64,000 nt of DNA from Candidatus Bathyarchaeia archaeon (GTDB lineage: Archaea; Thermoproteota; CALKCG01; B24), in NCBI GenBank assembly GCA_038870975.1, contig JAVZJD010000001.1, positions 448,001 through 512,000 on the forward strand, in the 5' to 3' direction. Numbering within the stretch: the stretch's first letter is position 1; every line of letters starts with the position of its first letter. Made by a program: the position numbers and the translations under genes. The notes under the pieces are model-generated. The model searched no databases and was not told where the DNA came from. It worked only from the letters and a program-made list of their open reading frames with translations. Below are positions 50,611 through 64,000 of the stretch, piece after piece.

Positions 50611-51006
50611 TTGTCTTCTGTTAAAATGAATCTGAATACACCCGTAGAAGCAGTTATGCGTTCTCCACCCGTGAAAGTCCTATTCTCAGATACTATAGCC
50701 ACCGTTATCGATAAAATGTCTATGTACGATATAGGAGCGGTCATAGTGGAAATGGGAGGGAGACCCGTTGGTATAATTACGGAGAAAGACATACTTAACC
50801 GGGTCATACGAGCTGGTAGAAGTCCAGCCGCAACGTACGCTCACGAAGTCATGAGTAAACCGCTTATAACAATTGAGGCAGATAAGCCAATATCGGAGGC
50901 TTTAAGAATCATGCGTGACAATAAAATAAGAAGGCTTGCTGTAACTAGGAGGGGAAACCTCGTCGGAATACTGACTGAGAGAAGAATTATAGATGCTTTG
51001 GTTTAA
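50611..51006 (+). CDS. CBS domain protein
   Basis: Two CBS repeats (GIITEKDI, GILTER). Confidence 0.9.
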   Translation: MSSVKMNLNTPVEAVMRSPPVKVLFSDTIATVIDKMSMYDIGAVIVEMGGRPVGIITEKDILNRVIRAGRSPAATYAHEVMSKPLITIEADKPISEALRIMRDNKIRRLAVTRRGNLVGILTERRIIDALV

Positions 51007-51027
51007 TCCCTCCAATCCCATTATTTT

Positions 51028-51417
51028 TTAACCCATAACGACGGTAACTTTCTCACCACCTTTAACCTTTCTTAAAATATCGATACCTTCAACTATCACT
51101 CCAAACGGATTAACAGGACTATAAGCCCTAGGCTTATCAGATACGCTTACTGGAGTTCTACCGAAGAAGAGGCATATGGCATTTCCAGGAGGCCAGAATG
51201 CAACCTCCCCAACTTCCATATCGACCCTGCTGTTCTCTTCCTCTACGTTTAGATTTACTTCAAAGTAAACTTCGTCACCCCATCTCATAGCTCTACCGCT
51301 CAGAGGAAGGCTCTCCAAGACCCTTCTAACTGTCTTAGGATTCCAATCTTCCTTAACTTCTACTAAAACTGAGCCTACACCATTGAAAACAATTTTAATT
51401 ACTCTTGAAGAACCCAT
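51028..51417 (-). CDS. Cyclophilin-like fold protein (TM1367/DUF369)
   Basis: WGDEVYF, GEVAFWPPGNAICLFFG.TP, SPVN. Confidence 0.9.
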   Translation of the reverse strand: MGSSRVIKIVFNGVGSVLVEVKEDWNPKTVRRVLESLPLSGRAMRWGDEVYFEVNLNVEEENSRVDMEVGEVAFWPPGNAICLFFGRTPVSVSDKPRAYSPVNPFGVIVEGIDILRKVKGGEKVTVVMG

Positions 51418-51493
51418 TTAACCACCTAATAAAATACCCTCTTCAGTTGTATTTAAGTTAAAAAATCAGCTATTTGAAGTGTTCGTCATATTT

Positions 51494-51890
51494 TTAATGA
51501 TTGGTTATAGTATTCCGCTTTCTGAAAACCATCGGTTCAGTTAAAGTCATTGTTACATATTCGAATCCAGCCTCGAACAGTTTAACAGCTTCTTCATCGC
51601 TTTTTGTAGCTTTTTTAACAGCTTCATCATGCTTTGGGTTGACTTATGTTAGAGCAATTCTTCTACGTGTGCTATATCTTTGGTCCCGTGATGTTCCATA
51701 GTCGCTCCCAATGTTGGAAAATGTGGATAGTTAATCTTAGACAGTCTTAAATTGTTAAGTTTCAAGACAAGATGCTTTCTCTGCTCTGAAAATTTTTGCT
51801 TCATAGATCTTCTTAACCTTGGGGAGAACTGATCAGATTTCTTAGGAAGACGGTTAATTTTCTCATGAGACTAGGGTTGGAAATTGCTTA
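51494..51890 (-). pseudogene. Decayed tyrosine recombinase/integrase, C-terminal half
   Basis: Pieces INRLPKKSDQF..QRKHL..KLNNLRL, TIHIFQHW, ATMEHHGTKDIAHVEELL*HKS, DEEAVKLFEAGFEYV..FRKR, with frameshifts and stops. Confidence 0.8.
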
Positions 51891-52206
51891 AAAGTAAGGT
51901 TTTTTATCTTCGCTTAATTAATTCAGTCCTCTTACAACTCTATAATCTAAAAGCTCCTTCTAGACGTTGCGAGGAAAACTACTACCAACGGAGCGATGAA
52001 TGTTACTATATACTCAAATTTTGGAGACTATTTTTCTCTTCCATAAACCGTTGGAAGAAGCCATTTAAATAATATGTCGGCGGAAAACATTAATGAAAGT
52101 GAGGCCCTCTCAGCCCGTGAGTTGTTTTAACCTTCTTTAAGATGGGTGGTTTTTCGAAGGGGAAATGGTTGCAACCAACGCTTATGCCTGAGCCAAGCCC
52201 ATCTGC

Positions 52207-53013
52207 TCAGAGGAATGGTAGGGGTTTAACCGTCGGGGGGAGCTTACGCTTATGAGATGTGGATTCGTAGCGTCTCACGACATCGAGAACCACGCTCTCC
52301 GGAATTTCGAGCTTCCGAGCGACTTCAGACGGTTTTAGCTTATGTTCGAATAGACCTACTAGGATTCTATCCAAAACCTGGTAGTCTACGGGAAGTTCGT
52401 CTGTGGCCTTATGCCCAGCATAGAGTTGGGGGCTACTCGGCTTATAGGCTATACGCTCAGGTATTCCAAGCCACTTAGCTAAAGACCTAACTTGAGTCTT
52501 ATAAAGGTGGGCTATGGGTAGGAAGTCTGCTGCTCCATCACCATACTTAGTATAGTACCCGATTAAAACCTCGCTTTTATCGCTAGTTCCAGCAACTAGT
52601 AACCCGTAAAGGTTTGCATAATAGTAGAGGATCGACATTCTAACTCTGGCTCTGAGATTGGCCGTAGGCATTTTATAAGCTGGATCTGACGGCTCATACG
52701 GTAGTACTCTCAGGAGGGCTTCCACAACGCTATCTATAGGTATGACCTTGTAGTTTATACCAAGCCAGTCAGCGAGGGCTACAGCATCTTCAACGTCGGA
52801 TTTAGGGGTGAATGAAAGAGGCATCAATAAAGCTAAGACTCTATTAGAGCCTAAGGCTTTAACACATAGAGTTGCGGTCACACTACTATCAACACCACCG
52901 CTTAAACCTAAGACGACACCTCTAGCACTACCTACAACATCTTTTATGAAAGAACAGATTTCTTCAACTGCTTCAGCGAAGTCTATAATAGGCACTGTTA
53001 AAATATCGACCAA
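52207..53013 (-). CDS. nadE: NH3-dependent NAD+ synthetase
   Basis: LGLSGGVDS, NLRARVRM, GYYTKYGDG, LYKTQV, KPSSPQL, HKR. Confidence 0.97.
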   Translation of the reverse strand: MVDILTVPIIDFAEAVEEICSFIKDVVGSARGVVLGLSGGVDSSVTATLCVKALGSNRVLALLMPLSFTPKSDVEDAVALADWLGINYKVIPIDSVVEALLRVLPYEPSDPAYKMPTANLRARVRMSILYYYANLYGLLVAGTSDKSEVLIGYYTKYGDGAADFLPIAHLYKTQVRSLAKWLGIPERIAYKPSSPQLYAGHKATDELPVDYQVLDRILVGLFEHKLKPSEVARKLEIPESVVLDVVRRYESTSHKRKLPPTVKPLPFL

Positions 53014-53072
53014 TAAATCCCCTGGAATACCTCTGGAAAAAGTAGAATTTAAACCTAAACTTATAGAAAAAA

Positions 53073-53104
53073 GGCTACGTATAGGCTGCCTATTTCACGC
53101 GGCC
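53073..53104 (-). other. 3' arm of the 23S pre-rRNA processing stem (BHB)
   Basis: 16-bp perfect inverted repeat with 56235-56250; adjacent CACG/CGTG helix with 3-nt bulges (TAG, AAA). Confidence 0.9.
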
Positions 53105-53121
53105 ACCAGATTCTCTTTCAA

Positions 53122-56200
<3,079 letters not shown>

Positions 56201-56217
56201 TCTACTCGAGAACCCAG

Positions 56218-56250
56218 CGACCGCTACGTGTAGACAGCCTATACGTAGCC
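56218..56250 (-). other. 5' arm of the 23S pre-rRNA processing stem (BHB)
   Basis: Complementary to 53073-53104. Confidence 0.9.
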
Positions 56251-56335
56251 TCATAGCGTTCAAGATAAATACGCTCAGCTCTTAGCCTAGAAACCGGGTT
56301 TCTAGGCTGCATTGGGGATTGGGGCTTGGGAAGAT

Positions 56336-57972
<1,637 letters not shown>

Positions 57973-57992
57973 CGGATCCGCAAGGCTTTGAA

Positions 57993-58005
57993 CTTCCCAA
58001 GCCCC
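57993..58005 (-). other. 5' arm of the 16S flanking stem (pairs with 56321-56333)
   Basis: 13-bp inverted repeat GGGGCTTGGGAAG / CTTCCCAAGCCCC. Confidence 0.8.
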
Positions 58006-58175
58006 TTTTCAGATCCAACCTTATAGAGGTTGGACCCTCATGTTTATACCCACAACAGGAGGTCGGGTTTGTTTCATTCTCGGGTGGAGAACCCTTCATC
58101 GTCGGAGACCCGACGCCACCGCCGGGTGTTGTGGGTGGAGGGGGAAGCCTCCAAAAAGAAGAGGGGGGTTATTGA

Positions 58176-58190
58176 GATATAAACTTTGCG
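58176..58190 (-). promoter_or_regulatory. rRNA operon promoter (BRE + TATA)
   Basis: Minus strand CGCAAAG-TTTATATC, about 200 nt upstream of the 16S 5' end, followed by a structured leader. Confidence 0.7.
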
Positions 58191-58213
58191 CTGTGAGTAT
58201 TATGGAGGTTTCT

Positions 58214-58759
58214 CTATTTTGATTCGAATTTCTCCTTGTATGTTTTAATAGCTTTTTCTATTGTTTTAATGGCTTCTTGTAGGTTTTTCCACTCTTTGAA
58301 TTTAACCCATTTGCCTGGTTCTAGTCTCTTATATGTTTCGAAGAATTCTTGAATTTCTCTTCTGACGTGTTCAGGTATGTCTTTGTAGTCTATTATGTGG
58401 TTGAAGCGGGGGTCTTTAACTGGGACGGCTACGATTTTATCGTCTATACCTGCTTCATCCTCCATAACTATTAGAGCTATGGGTCTTACTTTGACTATGC
58501 AGCCTGGGAAAGTTGGATGGGTTGTTAAGACTACTACGTCTAAAGGGTCTTCATCTTCATGCCAAGTTTGAGGGGCGAAGCCGTAGTCGAAAGGCCAGTA
58601 GACGGCGGAGTAGAGAACTCTGTCTAACTTAAAAACGCCGGTTTTTCTATCATACTCTATTTTGTTTGAGCTACCTTTCACGTTTTCAATTACTACGTTG
58701 AATTCGTAGGGTGCTTTATCTCCGAGGTTAACGTCGTGGAGTAGGTTCAAGGTTAACAC
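58214..58759 (-). CDS. ppa: Inorganic pyrophosphatase (family I)
   Basis: KIEYD, LDRVLYS, YGFAPQT..DEDPLDV, DDKIVAV, FFETYKRLE. Confidence 0.96.
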   Translation of the reverse strand: MLTLNLLHDVNLGDKAPYEFNVVIENVKGSSNKIEYDRKTGVFKLDRVLYSAVYWPFDYGFAPQTWHEDEDPLDVVVLTTHPTFPGCIVKVRPIALIVMEDEAGIDDKIVAVPVKDPRFNHIIDYKDIPEHVRREIQEFFETYKRLEPGKWVKFKEWKNLQEAIKTIEKAIKTYKEKFESK

Positions 58760-58796
58760 CTTGTTTAAAGTCGTATTTGCTGGCTTATAACTTTAA

Positions 58797-59100
58797 ATTC
58801 TGAATCGTTTTCGCTTTTTGAATAGCCATCTGCTGTGTAACTTACAGACGTATTCAAAGCCTGCGATGGGCTTTAAAGCTTCTTCATCTGATTTTGCTAT
58901 AAGAGCATGGTGTTCTATGTCTTCTTATGTTCAAGCAGTTCTTTGACTTGGATTACATCCTTCTCTTTTAGGTATTCCATGGTCGTCTTCTTAAGTCTTG
59001 GATTTTTGAGCTTCCATAATGCTTTCTATGAATTTTCTCCGTGTTTTTAACTCTTAAAACTTGGAAGACGCTATTTTAATCGCGTTGAGAGTTTTAGTAG
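58797..59100 (-). pseudogene. Decayed tyrosine recombinase/integrase, C-terminal part
   Basis: KLKNPRLKKTTMEYLKEKDVIQVKELLEHKKT*NTML..IAKSDEEALKPIAGFEYVCKLHSRWLFKKRK. Confidence 0.75.
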
Positions 59101-59113
59101 TTATCGTTGGTGG

Positions 59114-59172
59114 TTTTATGGAAAATTTATGGAAGTTTTTATGGCTATTTTTTATGGATAGTTAACCCCCCT
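59114..59172 (-). repeat. Dispersed repeat copy 2 with four CCATAAA units
   Basis: Minus strand GGGGGGTTAACTATCCATAAAAAATAGCCATAAAAACTTCCATAAATTTTCCATAAAA versus 46274 GGGGGTCTAACTGTCCATAAAATAGTCCATAAAAACTTCCATAAAA. Confidence 0.8.
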
Positions 59173-59345
59173 CCTCTATTTTTAGGTTGTAAAGGGCTAG
59201 GTATATCCTATAAAGTCTATCGTATTTTTTTCTCATTCTTGTAGTTTGGGTTGTACTTATACTTCAAGTGGACCATTCTTAAGCATGCTTCTTCGATTGA
59301 TTTAAATAATCCCACTCCTCTAGCAAAAGCGACAATCCTATTCTC
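59163..59345 (-). pseudogene. FGGY-family (xylulokinase-like) kinase C-terminal fragment
   Basis: AFARGVGLFKSIEEACLRMVHLK..YNPN..(frameshift in A-run)..YDRLYRIYLALYNLK. Confidence 0.6.
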
Positions 59346-59544
59346 TAAATTCTCCAATGTAACATAGTCCAAGAGACCCTGTTTTTTCTCTCCAAGTCGC
59401 CTTTCTGCTTCTGGTTGTGAGAGGAAACTTTACAATAGATTATGGCCTTCTTAGACACGTCTGGTCTAGTGATACCAAGTAGATGTTCAACCTCACTTTC
59501 CGGCGCTCTCCTCCTACCGCCAACAGTTCTAATGACGAAGTTGC

Positions 59545-59640
59545 TGAACCATCCCCTCCCTATCGGAGGGGTGGAGCTCTCTAGGTTTCAGAGATGCGAT
59601 GAACCCTTGCATGGACTTCGCCGAACCTCAGCGCATGACA
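59545..59640 (-). mobile_element. Possible orphan IS200/IS605-type right end (omegaRNA-like terminal hairpin)
   Basis: Minus strand GAGAGCTCCA-CCCCTCC-GATAG-GGAGGGG-ATGGTTCA: subterminal hairpin followed by TTCA. Confidence 0.4.
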
Positions 59641-59689
59641 GTACATTTGGCTTCTTCCCCAATACCTTGGTGGACGTTTCCATGCCATC

Positions 59690-60052
59690 TTACATCTTTC
59701 TAAATAGCTTTGCGTCGTCCGTTATCAGTTTGGCGTCGTTCTCTATTGATGCCGTAACGTATGATGCCTCATAGTAAGTTATTTGGAGTTCACACGCCAG
59801 CTTGAAAACGAGGGAGCTGTCCAATGGATCTACGACACCCATTACCTTTAGAACATCGTCGATCAAGGCGATTACTTCTAGAGCTTCTTCGGCATTAATC
59901 CTCTTGAGTAGGCTGACCTCCCTCCATAGAGCGTTCCCGATCTCGTACTTCGTGAGGGAGAGGACTAAATGGTTCTTGAGCAATTCATATGCGTCTCGCC
60001 CGTGAAGCCTTATGGTGTTTAATAGAGCAGATGCATCGTAGAGTAGCTTCAT
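59690..60052 (-). CDS. vapC: VapC/PIN toxin, possibly degraded
   Basis: YDASAL, YEIGNALW, TYYEASY (usual D replaced by E), LITDD; reading frame continues past the TAA. Confidence 0.8.
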   Translation of the reverse strand: MKLLYDASALLNTIRLHGRDAYELLKNHLVLSLTKYEIGNALWREVSLLKRINAEEALEVIALIDDVLKVMGVVDPLDSSLVFKLACELQITYYEASYVTASIENDAKLITDDAKLFRKM

Positions 60053-60275
60053 CTCCCTTCACGGCTCGCCCTTATGGATTCCACCATTTCCTCCGAGGGG
60101 ATCTTCTTAAGGACTTCTCCTATTCTCTCAAGGGACGACTTGACCCTCTCTTCCTCGGCCCTCCTAACTTCCTCCTCAAGAGCTGCTCTAACCACCTTGC
60201 TTATGGGGATCCCGTACTTCCTCAACTTTTCACGCAGTTCTCTATCTATCTTAGCGGATATGTTACGTAAGCCAA
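60049..60275 (-). pseudogene. VapB-like RHH antitoxin with a 1-nt frameshift near codon 5
   Basis: TTG GCT TAC GTA AC|ATA TCC GCT AAG reads MAYV(T)ISAKIDRELREKLRKYGIPISKVVRAALEEEV..IRASREGR*; stop overlaps the vapC ATG (ATGA). Confidence 0.8.
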
Positions 60276-61353
60276 ATATACCATCCCAAATGTAATACCA
60301 AATTAGTAATACTTAAAACATTACTAATGTCCTATTCGCTCTTGTCTCAGCTTGGTCTGTAAGACCACTCACGGTCCCCGTTCCATTCGACCGGTCCGCC
60401 TTCATACAGCGGCCTCAGTCCACTATTCCTCACTCTCGGCGTCGTTTTACCGTTTATGGGCTTCCAGAGTTCAACCGATGCTTTTCGCACTCGGTCACAT
60501 CGACCGCCAAGGCGCCCAAAAATTCAAATATAAAACCAGCTTTCTTTAAGAAGAGGGGAGGAAGAAGCCCTCTAAACCTCATAAAGGGAATTGAAACGTG
60601 TATCTGTCGTACGATTTATGACTATGTCAAATTTTTGTGAAGGATTTTATTAAAATCCCTAGGTATTCTAAAAAGTTATTCTGAATTCCATGATGTCGCC
60701 CACGTCTAAATCATTTCAAAAAGTTTTTAGAATACCTATAGGATTTGGAACATATTTTGACAAATCCATGAGTTTCATAGAGGTTGTTGCGATGGGTGGA
60801 GTAGAAAATTACTGAGAGTAATTTTATCATGGAAAAATACTAGGGGGAGGGGTTAATTTGGTCTTCCCTTCTTAACTCTTAATACTGCTACTTTAGGCTT
60901 CTCTCATCTAATTCACGAAATCCTCCGTGGAAACTTCATAAGACCTCCCACAGACCTCATTCAACTTTCTCACAGTCTAGTGAATATTAGGTTGAAGTAA
61001 CAATTTCAACCTCTAATACCAAGACTGAAGAAGATCATGTTTAATTTCCGAAAGACTTCATGGGATAAACTATTAAAAGTATCACATCATTAAGATTTAT
61101 TTTTCCATCACAATCCCGCGTGAGCATCGCTCGTAAACTTGTGCCTTTATGTTTCAATTATTTTAACTGGCACCTAATCAAAGTTTGGCTCTCAAAGGGC
61201 TGGAATCTCGTAGAGAGAATTAAAAGATACTTTCTGTATTTTTACGATTTTTCACTTCTGCAACGTAGAATTCCATGAAGAAAATCGACTTCTTAAATTG
61301 CACATAATACTTTTATGAGTGAATGGTCTAGTAGAAAATAGTGGTGTTGCTCA

Positions 61354-61749
61354 TTGGTTTTGAGGAGAGAGGCGTTGCTCTGGATGAGGCAGGCTGAAAG
61401 CGATTTGAAGAAAGCCGAAAACGACCTTAAGACGGGTGATTGGGATTCTGCGGCTTTCTGGTCTCAACAAACGGCTGAAAAAGCTTTGAAGGCCATATTG
61501 ATAAACGCCGGTAAAGTGTATAGGGGGCATGACCTCCTGGGTATTGGAGAATCTTTAAAGTTAGAATTGGAGATCGACATAGACTCGATTCTCAAAGACC
61601 TCAGAGAACTCACCATCCACTATACGATTTCAAGATACCCCAACGCTGCCAACGCCTTACCTATGGAGCTTTACGACGAAGAGAAGGCCCGTGGGCTCGT
61701 CGAGATGGCTCGGAGGGTTTTAAAATGGTCAAAGCAGTATCTGCGTTGA
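61354..61749 (+). CDS. HEPN domain protein (HEPN-MNT pair)
   Basis: W..QA..DL..A, AAFWSQQTAEKALKA, GHDL, YTISRYPN. Confidence 0.92.
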   Translation: MVLRREALLWMRQAESDLKKAENDLKTGDWDSAAFWSQQTAEKALKAILINAGKVYRGHDLLGIGESLKLELEIDIDSILKDLRELTIHYTISRYPNAANALPMELYDEEKARGLVEMARRVLKWSKQYLR

Positions 61750-62069
61750 AAAGTCAAGAGAGGGCATTTGAAATAATCGAGAGATTTATTGAAAATGCCA
61801 AGAGGCTATGTTCGATGAAGGGACTTCTACTCAGGGAGGCTTACCTCGTGGGCTCTAGAGCGCGGGGCGACTATTTAGAGGATAGCGATATAGACTTAGT
61901 TTTGATAGTCGAGGGCGTTGAAGGCATGGATCAACTGGAGAGGAGGAGAGCCTTCGTAGAAGCACTCGAGAAGGAGATGGAGACGTTCGTCTATACTCCG
62001 AAAGAATGGCATAGCGATGGCTCTCTCTGGATACGGGAGTTGAAGAAAGAGGCGGTGAAAATATCGTAG
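61725..62069 (+). CDS. Minimal nucleotidyltransferase (MNT)
   Basis: LVGSRARGDY..DSDIDL; overlaps the HEPN gene. Confidence 0.92.
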   Translation: MVKAVSALKSQERAFEIIERFIENAKRLCSMKGLLLREAYLVGSRARGDYLEDSDIDLVLIVEGVEGMDQLERRRAFVEALEKEMETFVYTPKEWHSDGSLWIRELKKEAVKIS

Positions 62070-62331
62070 CCCTATTAATTCTCTTATCGTGTTACTCTTA
62101 GTTTTGAGGATGTTGAGCTTCACCAATTAATCTATCTGCTTTAATTCTCAGTTTTTCAACTTATTAGGATTATTTTTGAACCTACATACAATACGTACGT
62201 ATATTAAAATTTACCTTAATATATGGAAATGACTGCCGCATAGTGACGGTTGGAGTGAGGACAACGTAATTTACGGTTAAATCAACACTATGCTTAACTT
62301 TCTGTCTTTCCATCTCTGTACAGGTGTCTCT

Positions 62332-63399
62332 TTGAATTCTAGGGAGCGGGTATTGGCTGTTGTAAACCACGAGTTACCCGACCGTATTCCCACTGATATT
62401 TGGGCCACTCCTGAAGTTTGGAGTAGACTTAAAGCCTATTTCGGTGAGGGTGTCGATATATTGGAGGTTTTGCACATAGATGGTATTTTTGGAGTGGCAC
62501 CTAAGTACGTAGGTCCTCCACTACCTTCTAATGATGGGGAGGTTGTAGATTACTGGGGTGTATGTTATAAGAAGGTTGATTATGGTTTAGGTGTTTATGA
62601 GGAGCCGGTTAGGCATCCACTCGCTGAGGCTAGAACAATCGAGGATCTAGATAGATACCGGTGGCCAAGTGTAGATTGGTTCGATTTCTCCAGTATGCGT
62701 GAGGCGGCTAGGAGATTGCGTGAGAATCGTGTTGTTAAAGCAGGTTATATGGCTATATTCTACCAGCATTGTCTATTGAGGGGTTTTAAAAACGCGCTAC
62801 TCGATCCCCTTATGAGGCCTGAGTTTACACGATATCTGCTGGATAGAGTATTCGAGTTTCTATACGAGTTGCATCTACGTATGTTTCAAGCTTGCGACGG
62901 CTTAATAGACGTTACAGAGGTGACGGATGACTTCGGCACTCAGAACGGTCCGATGATAAGTCTCAAGGTTTTCCGCGGGTTCTACCGTCCATACATGGAG
63001 AAGTTCATAGATTTAGCCCACGGCTTTGGGATTAAAGTCTTCCACCACGACGATGGGGCTATACGTATATTCATACCAGACCTCGTGGAGATGGGCATAG
63101 ACATATTGAACCCAGTGCAGTGGACATGTCCAGGAATGGACCTTGGAGAGTTGAAGAGTGAATTCGGTAGACGGTTATGCTTCCACGGAGCTATAGACAA
63201 TCAACGTATACTATCCTTCGCATCGCCAGAACAAGTTAGAGCAGAGGTTAGAAGATGCATAGACATACTGGCGTCTGATGGGACAGGATACATAGTAGCA
63301 CCATGCCACAACATACAACCAATAACACCAGTAGAAAACATAATAGCAATGTACGATGAAGCATACAAATACGGGTCGAAGCACTGCAGAAGAGCATGA
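62332..63399 (+). CDS. UroD/MtaA-like (cobalamin methyltransferase family) protein
   Basis: MNSRERVL..PDRIP, DYWGV, DDFGTQNGPMIS, HDDG, ILNPVQ, FHGAID, APCHNIQ..TP.ENI; TTG at 62332 follows AGGTG. Confidence 0.88.
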   Translation: MNSRERVLAVVNHELPDRIPTDIWATPEVWSRLKAYFGEGVDILEVLHIDGIFGVAPKYVGPPLPSNDGEVVDYWGVCYKKVDYGLGVYEEPVRHPLAEARTIEDLDRYRWPSVDWFDFSSMREAARRLRENRVVKAGYMAIFYQHCLLRGFKNALLDPLMRPEFTRYLLDRVFEFLYELHLRMFQACDGLIDVTEVTDDFGTQNGPMISLKVFRGFYRPYMEKFIDLAHGFGIKVFHHDDGAIRIFIPDLVEMGIDILNPVQWTCPGMDLGELKSEFGRRLCFHGAIDNQRILSFASPEQVRAEVRRCIDILASDGTGYIVAPCHNIQPITPVENIIAMYDEAYKYGSKHCRRA

Positions 63400-63745
63400 A
63401 TTTTAAGTTCATCATATGGAAATCTAAATCGTGTGAAGAAAGGCTGAAGACAGCCGATGGAAGCCTTTAAAATGGTATTATTGCCCACTCTAAATATAGA
63501 TGTTTGACCTTATTCCTCGTAATATGGAGTAGCCCACTGTTTCTAGTTACGACGGAAGAATATGTAGATAAATCCCTGAAACTGGTTGAGGGGTCGCCCC
63601 ATGAAATAAAACGTGTGATTAAAGTGGAGGATTGGAAGCCGTAATGAAGCTATCGTGAGGAATATTGATATTCTATGGAGAGTTTTATTGGCAGGTAAAG
63701 CTTTTAACGTTACACGTAGATTCATATTTTGAGGTGTATGATAAG

Positions 63746-64000
63746 GTGAACTGCTGGATCTTCACGGTTACTGAGGAAAACTGGGTCACGGTTAAAAACG
63801 TTAATGTTTTCGGAGTACCTGAGGCTAGGGGTCGTAAAGCTACCGAGCTAGTCAAGCCTGGAGATATGCTAGTCTTTTACGTGACTAAGAGGGACTCTAA
63901 AAGCCTAGGAGGAATGATAGTAGGCGTGTATAAAGCCGCTTCAACGTGGTTTAGAGAGGATAGACCGTTATGGCCTGATGAGGTTAGAGAGGGCGTAGTC
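63746..64000 (+). CDS. EVE-domain (UPF0310) protein, truncated by the window end
   Basis: Manual translation MNCWIFTVTEENW..VFGV..VKPGDMLVFYV..IVGVY..WPDE. Confidence 0.8.
   Translation, partial: MNCWIFTVTEENWVTVKNVNVFGVPEARGRKATELVKPGDMLVFYVTKRDSKSLGGMIVGVYKAASTWFREDRPLWPDEVREGVV

Noticed and set aside
56201-56335. tRNA-Ala in the 16S-23S spacer
   Set aside because: The spacer is short and holds only processing arms and a hairpin; no cloverleaf.
60335-60515. Group I or group II intron
   Set aside because: Only a loose resemblance to a P-like element; no convincing catalytic core or domain V, and no interrupted host gene.
60560-60700. CRISPR array
   Set aside because: Only one repeat-like unit, no periodic repeat-spacer structure and no cas genes.
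60894-60980. Possible second antitoxin remnant (TVRKLNEV..STEDFVN*MRE) on the minus strand
   Set aside because: Too short and degenerate to support a call.

Overview
A 64-kb chromosomal segment of a thermophilic archaeon. The 16S-23S operon lacks a spacer tRNA and a linked 5S, and the genes are archaeal-type (RadA, TpiA, XPD, ATP ligase, Tes). This points to a TACK/Thermoproteota lineage, most likely Bathyarchaeia; that assignment is inferred from gene content, not searched. Most of the window is housekeeping: pyrimidine metabolism (pyrH, pyrI, pyrC, pyrG), DNA repair (XPD, lig, radA), RNA modification and quality control (TmcA/Nat10, beta-CASP nuclease, Rqc2), lipid genes (tetraether synthase, GDPD), ahcY, nadE, tpiA, rpiA, ppa and a minus-strand rRNA operon. 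There is an AT-richer catabolic patch (28.4-35 kb) and several eroded accessory patches with toxin-antitoxin pairs and gene scars. Main observations: (1) a winged-helix/ATP-cone/class III ribonucleotide reductase fusion that has lost both catalytic Cys and the glycyl-radical Gly and lies between pyrH and pyrI, a candidate pseudo-enzyme nucleotide-sensing regulator; (2) a 139-nt bulge-helix-bulge intron in the helix-8 GAAA loop of 16S rRNA; (3) an ac4C writer (TmcA) overlapping an ASCH gene, a possible eraser or reader; (4) a 537-aa LAGLIDADG intein inserted at the first Cys of the Tes radical-SAM motif; (5) several decayed tyrosine-integrase scars, two of them preceded by the same phased CCATAAA repeat block; (6) an unannotated Cren7-like zinc-ribbon mini-gene and two candidate structured non-coding elements near 59.6 and 60.4 kb. 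All protein family calls come from motif recognition, without database searches.
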